Positions 27,141 through 36,619 of a stretch of 57,247 nucleotides of DNA are shown piece after piece. Under the pieces are notes generated by a model. It had not been told where the DNA came from. It saw nothing but the letters and a program-made list of their open reading frames with translations, and ran no database searches. A program made the position numbers and the translations under genes. This DNA comes from a virus. Its lineage: Duplodnaviria; Caudoviricetes. How positions within the stretch are numbered: position 1 is the first letter of the stretch; each line of letters starts with the position of its first letter. The stretch spans positions 1 through 57,247 of the IMG/VR virus record IMGVR_UViG_3300030107_006392; one strand, given 5' to 3'.

Positions 27141-28049
27141 ATGGATATATTACAGAAAAACGCAATGCTAGTTCAGTTGAATATCAATTCGGCTGGCTTC
27201 TGTCGTAAAGATAAATCAGTCACAGATCAGGTGAACAATGAACACGGTGCTTCCTACGATGCAGGGAAATACAACAAGAATTTGTTCAGCACCAAAGATA
27301 CTGAGGTACCCAAGCAGTTAGCACGTCAGGCTCGATCAGTGGTTGATCACTTCTGTCTTCACTGGTCTGGCAACCAACGCCTGTTGCCTGTTGCAAATTA
27401 TGAGAAATTTCTGGAGCGAATCACCGCCATCAAATCTAAGTTCTATCAGGCGGTGGATGACCTAGACCAGAAAATTCCCTCACTAATTGAGCAGAGACGC
27501 ACTCAGTTGAATGGCATGTTCAAAGAATCGGACTATGAGTGCTATAAAGATTTAAAATCTTTGTATAAATTCAATGTCAACTTTTCGCCCATCCCCAGCG
27601 GGGATCATTTCCTAGTCGATTTAGTCGAAGAGGAAACAGCGATCATTAAGCAGGAGATCGAGGAAAGTAATGCCCAGTTGTTAGGGACGGCTACTGAAGA
27701 AAGTTTCGAGAGACTTCACAAAGCAGTTAACCATATCGCTACATGCCTCAAAGACTTTGAAGCAGTCGAGGTTTATAAAGCGGGTGGTAAGAAAAAAGTC
27801 GAGACGACTCGCAGGCTTTACGACACGATGACAAGTAACCTCAGCGACTTAGTCGACATTCTGCCAGCCTTAAACATCACAGGCGATGCCAGACTTGCAG
27901 GCTTGATTGATGATGTGAGGGCAAGCTCTTTGCTCAAGCACAGTGTCGAGGATTTTCGTGATCCAAAACAAAAACACGTTGTTGCAACCGTTCAGACTGA
28001 GGCTCAGGAAATTGCTGAGAAAATGTCTGGATTTTTTGGGGGGGTATAA
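27141..28049 (+). CDS. DUF3150-like helical protein
   Basis: NAMLVQLNI, RKD...T, K.L, RLLP, LPALNITGD..L; typical partner between AAA and vWA genes. Confidence 0.65.
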   Translation: MDILQKNAMLVQLNINSAGFCRKDKSVTDQVNNEHGASYDAGKYNKNLFSTKDTEVPKQLARQARSVVDHFCLHWSGNQRLLPVANYEKFLERITAIKSKFYQAVDDLDQKIPSLIEQRRTQLNGMFKESDYECYKDLKSLYKFNVNFSPIPSGDHFLVDLVEEETAIIKQEIEESNAQLLGTATEESFERLHKAVNHIATCLKDFEAVEVYKAGGKKKVETTRRLYDTMTSNLSDLVDILPALNITGDARLAGLIDDVRASSLLKHSVEDFRDPKQKHVVATVQTEAQEIAEKMSGFFGGV

Positions 28050-28050
28050 T

Positions 28051-29370
28051 ATGAGCGGATTAGTTAGTCAACTAAGGGATGGGGCCATTGCCCCATCCGA
28101 CAAGGTGCTGAGACATGTTAGCCGTGCAAAAATTCGGCTTCAGATATCAGACCCTTTTAGCGGTGCCATTGTGATGCAAATGCCCACAGTTTTCACTGGA
28201 GCATTACCAACCATGGCAACTGATGGAACTTCTCTCTACATCAATCCAGAATTTGCCGAAAGTTTGAGCGGTGATGAAATAGTTGGGGTTCTCACTCACG
28301 AAGTGATGCACAAAATATTCTTCCATCACTTGCGTAGAAACAATCGGGACTCAAAAATCTGGAATGTGTCGGGAGATGTGATTATCAATCACTTGCTACG
28401 CAAGGACGGTAAGACATTGCCAGAGTCTGGTCTGGATTGGGATAGCGTTGGGGAACTGAAAAAATCACGAGAGGATTATTCCACAGAGATTCTTGCTGAT
28501 GAACTAATCTCAAACAAGCAAGAAGAGAAGCAAGACCAAGACCAAGATCAAGATCAAGGCCAGAGCAATGATCAAGAACAGGATCAGGATCAGGATCAGG
28601 ATCAGGATCAGGATCAAGACCAAGGTCAAGGTCAAGGTCAGGATCAAGACCAAGGTGATCCCTTTGCCGATGAGGGTGGCACTGGGATTGTGATCGATGC
28701 TGAGAGCGATAGCGGTGAGCCTTTGAATGCCACTGAAATTTCACAGGCAGAGCGAGAACTTGCCTCGGAAATTCAGAACTGTGCCCAGATTGCAAAGGCT
28801 CAGGGAAAATTACCTGCACATGTTGCTGAGTATGTCAAAGACTTAGCTTCATCAACAGTTGACTGGTGTGATGAGTTTGCGAGATTCTTGGGGAAAGGCT
28901 CTGATCATCGATCAGACTGGAACATCCCCGATAAGAAGTGGCTCAAGCGAGGAATATTCCAACCGCGCAGAGTGCGCGAAGGAACTGGTCACGTAGTGAT
29001 CGCCATCGATACGAGTGCCAGTGTCAGTACCAAAGAATACAAGGCACTGATGGCAGAAGCTAAGTCTATATGCTTGGACATAGATGCTGAGAAAGTCACG
29101 GTCATCTACTGTGATACCCGCATCGCTCATGTCGATAACTTTGACGATCCCTCTGACATCACAGAGCGCGATCTTGGGCGCTATGGCGGTGGTGGCACTG
29201 ACTTTGCCCCACCATTTCAATACGTTTATGAGAACGAGATTGATGTGGACTCTTTTGTCTATCTCACAGACCTCGAAGCACGTATGCCAGAGGAGCCAGA
29301 CTATCCTGTACTCTGGGTATCAACCACCAAACTCGAAGCAGATTTTGGAAAAACCATCCACATTAACTAG
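28051..29370 (+). CDS. Zincin metallopeptidase + vWA protein (DUF2201-like)
   Basis: TMATDG..LYINPEF, HEVMH...H..R, WN...D..IN; MIDAS DTSAS, GGGTDF, YLTD; ATG at 28051. Confidence 0.85.
   Translation: MSGLVSQLRDGAIAPSDKVLRHVSRAKIRLQISDPFSGAIVMQMPTVFTGALPTMATDGTSLYINPEFAESLSGDEIVGVLTHEVMHKIFFHHLRRNNRDSKIWNVSGDVIINHLLRKDGKTLPESGLDWDSVGELKKSREDYSTEILADELISNKQEEKQDQDQDQDQGQSNDQEQDQDQDQDQDQDQDQGQGQGQDQDQGDPFADEGGTGIVIDAESDSGEPLNATEISQAERELASEIQNCAQIAKAQGKLPAHVAEYVKDLASSTVDWCDEFARFLGKGSDHRSDWNIPDKKWLKRGIFQPRRVREGTGHVVIAIDTSASVSTKEYKALMAEAKSICLDIDAEKVTVIYCDTRIAHVDNFDDPSDITERDLGRYGGGGTDFAPPFQYVYENEIDVDSFVYLTDLEARMPEEPDYPVLWVSTTKLEADFGKTIHIN
28531..28659 (+). repeat. Hexanucleotide microsatellite encoding a (QD/QG)n linker
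   Basis: (CAGGAT)6 at 28579-28614 flanked by CAAGAC/CAAGAT/CAAGGT units. Confidence 0.9.
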
Positions 29371-29403
29371 AGGAGCGGGGGCTAACGCCCCCGAATTATT
29401 ATC

Positions 29404-30270
29404 ATGGATAAAGAAGCTTATAAAAAATACAAAGACAACCTCACTGCTTTGAATGAGGTCACCGCACTCGTGGAGAGATTAGCAGAAAATAAAATTAAAG
29501 TTTTTTCAGGTGGGGACAATGCCCCATTTGATAAGGACAAGTATATAACAAGTTGGCAATTAGGAAAACGATTTAAAGAGATGGGCGGTTCGTCTTTGGG
29601 GGAGTTTGATAGCGTGATATCAAGCCTCTACAGACAAGTTAAAAATTGGAGGCGTGAGAGCAAACCTAAAGGTCAACTATCTTTTAAACAAAAATGGGCA
29701 CAAAAAGTTGGCAACCTAGAAAAATCCCTTTCAGAGTGGCGTGAGGAGGTCGTGGTTGAAGTTAAAATTGGAAATCTTATCCCCAACGTACCTGAGTGGC
29801 ATGTGGGATTTGAGAATGGGGCAACCTGTGATCAGTTCCCTTTTAAATTATCCACTGAAAAACCCAGAGGATATGGGTGCTTCAAGGTCAGAGTCGCTAT
29901 CACTACAAACTTTTTAAAAAAGGTGGTTCCTTTTTTTAAATCTGGTGAATATTGTGAACCATTTGTCGAGAGAGTATGCAAGAAAGCATATGGAGACTCG
30001 ACATACCAATACCTCGTTCTTCACATCGATGAGCCAATGTTTGAGGCTGAAGGTCAAAGTTTTGATCATGGGATTAAGGTTAGAAAATTTCATGGGCTTG
30101 AGACTTACGGACGCAAGGCTAATCGTGAGGTTGTGCCAGTGACTCGATATCTTGCATACACTGGAGACACCTGTAAATACGATTCAATTATTGGAACAGC
30201 AACCAGTGCCATTAAAGCATATAAACTTTTGAAGTCTCGCATTGCCAGAGATTTGTTAAAGAAGTTATGA
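29404..30270 (+). CDS. Hypothetical protein
   Basis: 288-aa ORF in the early operon. Confidence 0.7.
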   Translation: MDKEAYKKYKDNLTALNEVTALVERLAENKIKVFSGGDNAPFDKDKYITSWQLGKRFKEMGGSSLGEFDSVISSLYRQVKNWRRESKPKGQLSFKQKWAQKVGNLEKSLSEWREEVVVEVKIGNLIPNVPEWHVGFENGATCDQFPFKLSTEKPRGYGCFKVRVAITTNFLKKVVPFFKSGEYCEPFVERVCKKAYGDSTYQYLVLHIDEPMFEAEGQSFDHGIKVRKFHGLETYGRKANREVVPVTRYLAYTGDTCKYDSIIGTATSAIKAYKLLKSRIARDLLKKL

Positions 30271-30446
30271 GTAGTATTAAAAATATTAACTGGGAAATTG
30301 ATGCGAAGAAAATTGTATCCAATCCCAGTGATTATAGCCCCACCCTGAGATACTTAGCGTGGGGCTATCTTTATCAGAAGAAGACAGGTAAATCTATCCG
30401 CCAGATTAATCTGCCTGATTGTTCTGAAACAACCCCTGACAAGTAG
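30267..30446 (+). CDS. Hypothetical protein, 59 aa
   Basis: ATGA overlap; MSSIKNINWEIDAKKIVSNP...LAWGYL... Confidence 0.55.
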   Translation: MSSIKNINWEIDAKKIVSNPSDYSPTLRYLAWGYLYQKKTGKSIRQINLPDCSETTPDK

Positions 30447-30458
30447 AGGAGAATAATA

Positions 30459-30773
30459 ATGACTAGAGCATTTAGTTCTGAAGACAAAATTGGACTACCA
30501 TTTCATAAATCCAAACTCACAGCCGAACAACTCATAGACATAGCAGATCGCTTTGAAGACATCTTGAAGGAAGTGGAAAGAACACTCGATTCAACCACTC
30601 TTACGAGTAAAGAAAAGAAACAAGAACGACTCTTACAGATGTGTTATAACATAGCTAAAGATTATAAATCTCACTGGATGGGTAGCACTTTTTCTCAGAA
30701 GGGAAAATTGATTGGGAGAAATAATGAGGGTGAGGTGGTCATTGTCGATGACCATGTCTTCATATCGAAATGA
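30459..30773 (+). CDS. Hypothetical protein
   Basis: RBS GAGGAG; 104 aa. Confidence 0.65.
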   Translation: MTRAFSSEDKIGLPFHKSKLTAEQLIDIADRFEDILKEVERTLDSTTLTSKEKKQERLLQMCYNIAKDYKSHWMGSTFSQKGKLIGRNNEGEVVIVDDHVFISK

Positions 30774-30985
30774 CAGTGCTTTTTTATTACGACAGAGACT
30801 CGAAAAAATTAATTGATCGAGTTCCATTAGACGAGTTCATTCGTGAGAATAATTACGATGAGCTTGAGAGAGATGTGGAGTTTATTCACCATGCCCATGA
30901 GGGTGAGGTGGTCATTATCGATCACCATGTCTTCATATCGAAAGGTAAACTTGCCAAAGAAATAACATCTAACAAAATGATCTAG
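30770..30985 (+). CDS. Hypothetical protein sharing EGEVVI.D.HVFISK with the upstream gene
   Basis: ATGA overlap; 47-bp direct repeat. Confidence 0.55.
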   Translation: MTVLFYYDRDSKKLIDRVPLDEFIRENNYDELERDVEFIHHAHEGEVVIIDHHVFISKGKLAKEITSNKMI

Positions 30986-31536
30986 TGTTTAGCCCCTATT
31001 CCCTCGCTGGGAATGGGGGCTTTTTTTATGTCCAAATCTGGCAACGCATCCCATCCATATCGATCTGAAAAAAATTCGCCCACTATATTTAGTGCCTTGA
31101 TAACCCGCAAGACACAAGCCCCACTTGTTGTGGGCTTATCCTCAAGTAGTAGGCTAATGAGAGCCTCCTTGCACGGGTTCCCCCCCCTATGTTTTACATA
31201 CGCAATGATTCTATTTGCTTCAGCATAAGCATTTGCTTGACGTTCAGATATATCTTTATCCCCACCAATGCCACCGCTAGACCAGTTAGATCCCTTAATG
31301 CCTAGCATTCTCGCACGATGTAACACACCCAGAACCTCTTCACCTATCTGGTGTTGGTGTGGTGAAATTTTCTTCTTCAGCAATAGCCTATCTAATTCAG
31401 TCGTGTCTACTTGTCGGAAGCGCAAATCCCCTGCTCTTGTGGAAGCTTCCTCAACAATAAACTCACCGTGATTTAGTGACTCAACTGTCGGAATCCCAAT
31501 GTGCGAATCCGCTGAGATCAATTTCTTTTTCTTCAT
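30982..31536 (-). CDS. Hypothetical protein, possibly a late transcription regulator
   Basis: LDRLL.KK.I...QH..GE; last gene of the replication operon; function is inference. Confidence 0.5.
   Translation of the reverse strand: MKKKKLISADSHIGIPTVESLNHGEFIVEEASTRAGDLRFRQVDTTELDRLLLKKKISPHQHQIGEEVLGVLHRARMLGIKGSNWSSGGIGGDKDISERQANAYAEANRIIAYVKHRGGNPCKEALISLLLEDKPTTSGACVLRVIKALNIVGEFFSDRYGWDALPDLDIKKAPIPSEGIGAKH
30991..31027 (+). terminator. Rho-independent terminator of the early operon
   Basis: AGCCCCTATTCCC-TCGCT-GGGAATGGGGGCT then a T-run; at the convergence of two operons. Confidence 0.8.
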
Positions 31537-33250
31537 AGTAACACCCCGATGGTACATCAAAATCAATAACTCGTTCACCCTGCGCCCCCAACCAACGATA
31601 GCGCATCTTCCAACAAATAATTTTCACTCGCTCTCGTTCACAAAACGAATCGTGAAATCTCGCCACAGTCAAACCAGCGTCAGCAAAATTAAACCAATGA
31701 GCCGAACCACTGAGGTCATAGCCTTTCGGTATTGGTGTGGTGCCTTCCTCTCTTCTCATCTTAGCTGGGTGGGCAACGAACCACACATGAATATCGTGAA
31801 GCTTGGCGAACATACGCACGTCAGTGAGCATGTCGCTTATCTGTTGCGTCTCACTCTTTGACTTATCAGGCAGAGATAAATAACTGAAAGGATCAATTAC
31901 GAGTCCTCTTATACCCATGCGTTGGACAGCAGCTGCGGCTCTGTCGAGGACACTTGATAGGGAGGCTTTCTCACCATCGTTGTGATCGATAAACATGAAA
32001 TGTTCTTTAACAAAGGTCTTGGCTTCACCCAGTTCTTCTCTTGACAGTCGAGGTGTAACACCATCAAAGAATGGTTTGCCCGAAAACTTTTCCATCAGTT
32101 GCGTGATATGAGTGGGGGGGTCATTCTCAAACGAGCATATGGCAAACTTCCAGTGCTTTTCTTTTGCTAAATTAACCATCATATGATCAATGAACGATGA
32201 TTTTCCAGACGATGGAATGCCCGTGACCACAGTCACGAGACCAGTTTTCACGGAATAAATCTGGTCAACTGACGGAAAACCTGTCCCCTCCCCGCGCACA
32301 ACCCCCCGATGATAAAGATTATCTACAGCTTCATTATAATGATCGGCATGATTCAAACCTGTTAACGGATAAGGTGTGGCGGATTCTATTGCTTCACGCA
32401 AAGCTTCTTTGCCGTGCTTTACAAGCACATCATTCGCATCCTTACAATCGTTAGGCCAGTGAACAGTAAAGCATTTAGCCTTTCCAATTCTTCTGGCTAA
32501 CTCCTCTGCCAAAGCTGTTCCTGACTGATCCCCATCAACTGCGAGGACGATACGATCCATACGTTTAAAAAGATCTCTGGCATTCCACACATACGAAAAC
32601 TTCTTATCTTCAGTAGGATCGACTCGGTTCTCGCTAATCTTTTGAGGTGCGCCATTGGGAACGGAAACACTGGCTACACCAGCCGACCATAGAGAAAGAC
32701 TGTCAATCTCCCCTTCGCAAATGGTAAGAGTAGTTTCACCATTTATAAGATGCCCACCGAATAAAGTGTTGGCACCGCCACCGTTCTGGGTGTGAGCCTT
32801 AGCTTCAACGGCACGAAATTTGGTGGCGTAGACTTCTCCATCTTCAATGTACGGAAACCCAATCGCTTCAACCTTTTTCTCAAGCTTAGGGAAATAAATT
32901 GCCGTGCTGAAAACCTGATGTTTCCCCAGCATCTCTTCGCTTATCTTTCTATTTGATGTGAGATATTCCTTAGCAACTGGGGATAAACTTCCCTCCCGAA
33001 CCTGAGCTTTTTCTTTTGGTTTTAAAGTAGCCTTAGGTGTGGTGGATTGGTGCGGAATACAACCAGAGATTCCACAGTGATGGCAATCGTATACTAATCG
33101 GTCAGATTTAATTAAGACTGACAGCACTGGCTCTTTTTTATTACTTCCCTTACGCAAATGCGAACACGCGGGGCATGTGACCCTAATGTTCTCGTTAATG
33201 CGGTGGTGTGCATTTCGACTCGCAACGCGAATCTCTTCATCCAATGTCAT
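31481..33250 (-). CDS. Primase-helicase (T7 gp4/Twinkle-like)
   Basis: Zn finger CPAC...CHHC; TOPRIM ICEGEIDSLS, SVPNGA, DGD..G, KDAND; SF4 helicase TGIPSSGKS, VIDP, FVAHP. Confidence 0.92.
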   Translation of the reverse strand: MTLDEEIRVASRNAHHRINENIRVTCPACSHLRKGSNKKEPVLSVLIKSDRLVYDCHHCGISGCIPHQSTTPKATLKPKEKAQVREGSLSPVAKEYLTSNRKISEEMLGKHQVFSTAIYFPKLEKKVEAIGFPYIEDGEVYATKFRAVEAKAHTQNGGGANTLFGGHLINGETTLTICEGEIDSLSLWSAGVASVSVPNGAPQKISENRVDPTEDKKFSYVWNARDLFKRMDRIVLAVDGDQSGTALAEELARRIGKAKCFTVHWPNDCKDANDVLVKHGKEALREAIESATPYPLTGLNHADHYNEAVDNLYHRGVVRGEGTGFPSVDQIYSVKTGLVTVVTGIPSSGKSSFIDHMMVNLAKEKHWKFAICSFENDPPTHITQLMEKFSGKPFFDGVTPRLSREELGEAKTFVKEHFMFIDHNDGEKASLSSVLDRAAAAVQRMGIRGLVIDPFSYLSLPDKSKSETQQISDMLTDVRMFAKLHDIHVWFVAHPAKMRREEGTTPIPKGYDLSGSAHWFNFADAGLTVARFHDSFCERERVKIICWKMRYRWLGAQGERVIDFDVPSGCYYEEKEIDLSGFAHWDSDS

Positions 33251-33367
33251 TTTCTTACTCCTTCAATTCCCACTTGCCATGATAGCACAAAAATGCTACA
33301 TGACAAATTATCCATGATAGAAAAAGGTGAGGGTATTAAAATTTTCTTCCTTCTTCCCTTAAATCCC

Positions 33368-33622
33368 TCACCTTTTATCATCAAAAATTTCTTTAACATA
33401 ATATCTTCTTTGGGCGCGACTTCGCTTTGAAAGTTTGAAAACGATTCGTTTAACCTCACCAATCTCATAGCCGATCAAAGAACAAATGTCTTCAGCTTGT
33501 CGGGTTTTAAACCAAAGAACTGCTCGTGCTAAATCAGGCGATGTGTTAGCATTTACCACGTCCTTGATCGCGGATAACATAACCGCTTTCCATAAGCGAT
33601 ACTCAGCGTCAGCGTTTTGCAA
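33368..33622 (-). CDS. Conserved phage hypothetical protein
   Basis: E.RLWKAV...AI.D......A..WF.....DIC.L.G. Confidence 0.6.
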   Translation of the reverse strand: MQNADAEYRLWKAVMLSAIKDVVNANTSPDLARAVLWFKTRQAEDICSLIGYEIGEVKRIVFKLSKRSRAQRRYYVKEIFDDKR

Positions 33623-33959
33623 TCGACACCTCTACTCTAGGATTGATCTTGTCCAGCCCCCAGTAAATATGTTTCTCTTTTATTTGGCGATCATTCTTAT
33701 AGATGTATCCCTGCATTGCATCAAGCACCACCGACTCGTCAAGGTCAGGACGGCGAGATGAGTAGTATATTGTCATGGTTATGGAGAGATCGTCCTCAAG
33801 AAGTGGGTTAACTTTTGGACACTGGAGTTGAAAGGATTCTAAAAAGGATAAAGCTTTGGCACTTTTAATAAACCGTGGTCTTTTTCCATGAATGACAAGT
33901 CTTCTGCTATTCGCTTTGGATGCTGGCTCTCCCACTGTCGTAAAATCTATAGTTGACAT
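33609..33959 (-). CDS. rusA: RusA-like Holliday junction resolvase
   Basis: GEPASKAN, RRPDLD...LDAMQG.IYKNDRQI, NPRVEV. Confidence 0.8.
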   Translation of the reverse strand: MSTIDFTTVGEPASKANSRRLVIHGKRPRFIKSAKALSFLESFQLQCPKVNPLLEDDLSITMTIYYSSRRPDLDESVVLDAMQGYIYKNDRQIKEKHIYWGLDKINPRVEVSIAKR

Positions 33960-33983
33960 TCATCAGTAATCCGCTTATATAAT
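33953..33983 (+). promoter_or_regulatory. Sigma70-like promoter in the divergent gap
   Basis: TTGACA (33953-58) and TATAAT (33978-83); the 19-bp spacer is long. Confidence 0.5.
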
Positions 33984-34000
33984 ATTAAGGAAGGAAGACA

Positions 34001-34897
34001 ATGAAAATAACAAATCGAAATAAACTACCGTCCACTATAGCTGATGCGATGGTCTCAACGCAAGCACGTTATTCCAAGGGTGACGCTTGGATGAGCGTGA
34101 CAGGGCTTCAACGCCCACCTCGCATCAGTATTCTTTCGAGAAGACACTGGAAAGACTTGTCGGAAGATGTAAGCGATGGCGTATGGAAACTTTTCGGCAG
34201 TGCTATTCATCAAATACTAGAGGATGGAAAAAGCAGAAACTCTGTTATAAAAGAGGAGCGCTTTTTCACTGAGATATTAGGAAAGACAATCTCAGGTGCG
34301 GTAGACGTACAAGAAGTAAGTGATTTTGGGATTGAGGTCAGTGACTATAAGGTCACTCGTGCAATCAGCGTGATGCCAAACTCATTCTCGTTACCTTCGT
34401 GGACAGAGCAACTCAACGCTTACGCGGAGTTAGTTGAGCGCACCAAGGGTATCCCTGTTACCCGTCTTTTTATATGCGCGATCATCAGGGATCATTCCCT
34501 CAGAGAAGCGGAACGCAATCCTGACTACCCTAAATCTCCAATTCACATCGTTGAAATAGAACTCTGGCCTCAGTCCAAAAGAGAAGACTGGCTTAAAGAG
34601 CGTGTTGCCATTCATCTTAATTCTGAGACGGATGAGAGTCTTATGGATGTATTGCCGGAGTGTACGCCCGAAGAAACATGGAGTCGTGGCGAGAAATGGG
34701 CGGTCAAAGCTTCGCCTAATTCTGTGCGGGCTAAGAAAGTTTTTGACAGCGAAGACGAGGCTATAGCGATGGCTTCAACCAACGCGAACTGGATAGTCGA
34801 ACACCGTCCATCTCAGCCACTGCGATGCCAGAAGTATTGTGAAGTTTCAAAATTTTGCGATCAATTTAAAACTTGGGAGACTGAAAATGAAACGTAA
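34001..34897 (+). CDS. PD-(D/E)XK exonuclease (Cas4/RecE-like)
   Basis: SVT.L, G.AIH..LE, E.R, ISGAVD, DYK, EQLNAY, C-terminal RC..YC.V..FC. Confidence 0.85.
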   Translation: MKITNRNKLPSTIADAMVSTQARYSKGDAWMSVTGLQRPPRISILSRRHWKDLSEDVSDGVWKLFGSAIHQILEDGKSRNSVIKEERFFTEILGKTISGAVDVQEVSDFGIEVSDYKVTRAISVMPNSFSLPSWTEQLNAYAELVERTKGIPVTRLFICAIIRDHSLREAERNPDYPKSPIHIVEIELWPQSKREDWLKERVAIHLNSETDESLMDVLPECTPEETWSRGEKWAVKASPNSVRAKKVFDSEDEAIAMASTNANWIVEHRPSQPLRCQKYCEVSKFCDQFKTWETENET

Positions 34898-35183
34898 AAA
34901 CAAAGTTACACGCGACAAGTTACTTGTCGATAACTATATACTGCAGAAGTCCATGGGTAAAACAAACATAGTCAAGGGGTTGGCGAAGGCTTTCTCCTTG
35001 ACTCCAACTTATATTTATAAGTTGATTAAAAGAAGTCGAGATGAGTCTCCTCGACTCTGGGAAGACAAGAACCTCGAAGCCTCTCCATTTAAGGGTGATC
35101 GTTTAATCGTATCCAATGCCATGACCCCTGCGATCACACCATCATCTTGGTGGAAGCGTTTTCTTAACAAAATTTTTGGTTGA
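34887..35183 (+). CDS. Putative HTH protein
   Basis: LAKAFSLTPTYIYKLIK; RBS GGAG before ATG 34887. Confidence 0.55.
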   Translation: MKRKNKVTRDKLLVDNYILQKSMGKTNIVKGLAKAFSLTPTYIYKLIKRSRDESPRLWEDKNLEASPFKGDRLIVSNAMTPAITPSSWWKRFLNKIFG

Positions 35184-35358
35184 GGTACCCATGTTTAACA
35201 CCAAACATTACCATAAAAACTGTGTAAAAATTTACACGAAACTTATGGAAGAGATTGAGTCTCTTGATGAAGAGCGTGATGAAAAATATCAGCCGAAAAT
35301 TGTTAACAAAGAAGCGGAACAAATTAATGTCTTCGCTTTTCAGAAAAGGAGAGATTAA
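35176..35358 (+). CDS. Hypothetical protein
   Basis: Fills the operon gap. Confidence 0.5.
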   Translation: MVEVPMFNTKHYHKNCVKIYTKLMEEIESLDEERDEKYQPKIVNKEAEQINVFAFQKRRD

Positions 35359-36278
35359 TGACAGCAAAAAAATCAACATGGGAAACTCTCACGACAGATG
35401 AGATGAAACTGGAAGTCGATCAGTATCGACAGCAGAAAGGTAATCTTGACTACATTTCATGGGCGTGGGCGTGGGGAAAGCTGAAAGATAAATTTCCAAA
35501 TGCTACATTTGAGAAGCACTGGTTTGACGATGTTCCCTATACTATGGACGCAAAGGGTTATGCCTATGTACAAGTAACAGTTACAGTGGAAGGCTCCTCA
35601 CTAACTGAGATTCTTCCTGTGCTGGATCACAAAAATAAACCTGTTACTAATCCTGATTCGTTTCAAGTTAACACGACTCTTCAACGGTGTTTGTGTAAGG
35701 CCATCGCTTACCACGGACTTGGATTCCACATCTACGCTGGCGAAGACTTAGAAGATTATACACCAGAAAAAAACTCCAAACAAAAAGAGACTAAACCCTC
35801 ACCACCCTCAAAGCAAAAAGAAGAAATTCAAAAAGTTTTGGATGACCCGTTGTTGAAAAAAATAACACAAACCTTTGATATCGACTCTATCCGTGGGGCC
35901 GATGGCATGTGGGGATCGATCTGTGATGAACAGGGTAACATTATCAGTGGCTATGACGAGGCTGAATCAACAATTATTCTTGATCCGAAAGACTCTCCCG
36001 ATCAGAGACTTAAATACATTAACGATTATTGGCCCGCTATTCTCAGCACTATAAATAATATAGATGATTTACTGAGATTGTACACACGGTCATTCAAACA
36101 AGACCCTAAAATTTACGAAAAAGAAAAAAGGAAATGCTGTCCCACAGGGTTGCGCCACCTCGCATTTGAACTCAACATCAATACAAAAGAAGAACTCGGC
36201 AAATGGGAACCGATGAAATTACTCTCCCATAAAAAAGCAAATATATTAGAAAGTTCATTAACAAAGGAGAAAAAGTGA
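35358..36278 (+). CDS. Sak3/DUF1071-like single-strand annealing protein
   Basis: LDYISWAWAW, LPVLDHKNK, QRCLCKAIAYHGLG.HIYAGEDL. Confidence 0.85.
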   Translation: MTAKKSTWETLTTDEMKLEVDQYRQQKGNLDYISWAWAWGKLKDKFPNATFEKHWFDDVPYTMDAKGYAYVQVTVTVEGSSLTEILPVLDHKNKPVTNPDSFQVNTTLQRCLCKAIAYHGLGFHIYAGEDLEDYTPEKNSKQKETKPSPPSKQKEEIQKVLDDPLLKKITQTFDIDSIRGADGMWGSICDEQGNIISGYDEAESTIILDPKDSPDQRLKYINDYWPAILSTINNIDDLLRLYTRSFKQDPKIYEKEKRKCCPTGLRHLAFELNINTKEELGKWEPMKLLSHKKANILESSLTKEKK

Positions 36279-36619
36279 TGGCTATTGGAAATATTTTTGA
36301 TAATCGTGGCAAACGTGAACGTGGTGGCGAACCTGTTCCATCGTGGCGAGAATGGTCGGGTGATATATCTTTTCGTGAGGAAGATATTAAATATTTAGTA
36401 TCTGAATTTAAAAGCGGAAATAAAGAACCTAAGATGACCGTCAATGGCGAAACAAGACAGAGCAAAGCTGGAAAGGATTATATCAATGTTAAGCTTAAAA
36501 AACATTATAATCCCAATTCTCAAGATAATTATCAGTCCAGTGCTGCTGGTGAGAAGTCTGTTCCAGATACTGAGGAACCTTCCCCAGAAAGTTCTGAGAT
36601 CAACTTTGACGATCTCTAG
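36275..36619 (+). CDS. Putative single-stranded DNA-binding protein
   Basis: G.IF.N, W.G.I, SKAGKDYI.V; acidic tail; follows the recombinase. Confidence 0.55.
   Translation: MMAIGNIFDNRGKRERGGEPVPSWREWSGDISFREEDIKYLVSEFKSGNKEPKMTVNGETRQSKAGKDYINVKLKKHYNPNSQDNYQSSAAGEKSVPDTEEPSPESSEINFDDL

Noticed and set aside
28531-28659. CRISPR array
   Set aside because: 6-bp coding microsatellite with no spacers; no cas operon (the Cas4-like exonuclease sits in a recombination module)
30724-30943. Diversity-generating retroelement TR/VR pair
   Set aside because: No reverse transcriptase in the genome; only two mismatches, one not involving adenine
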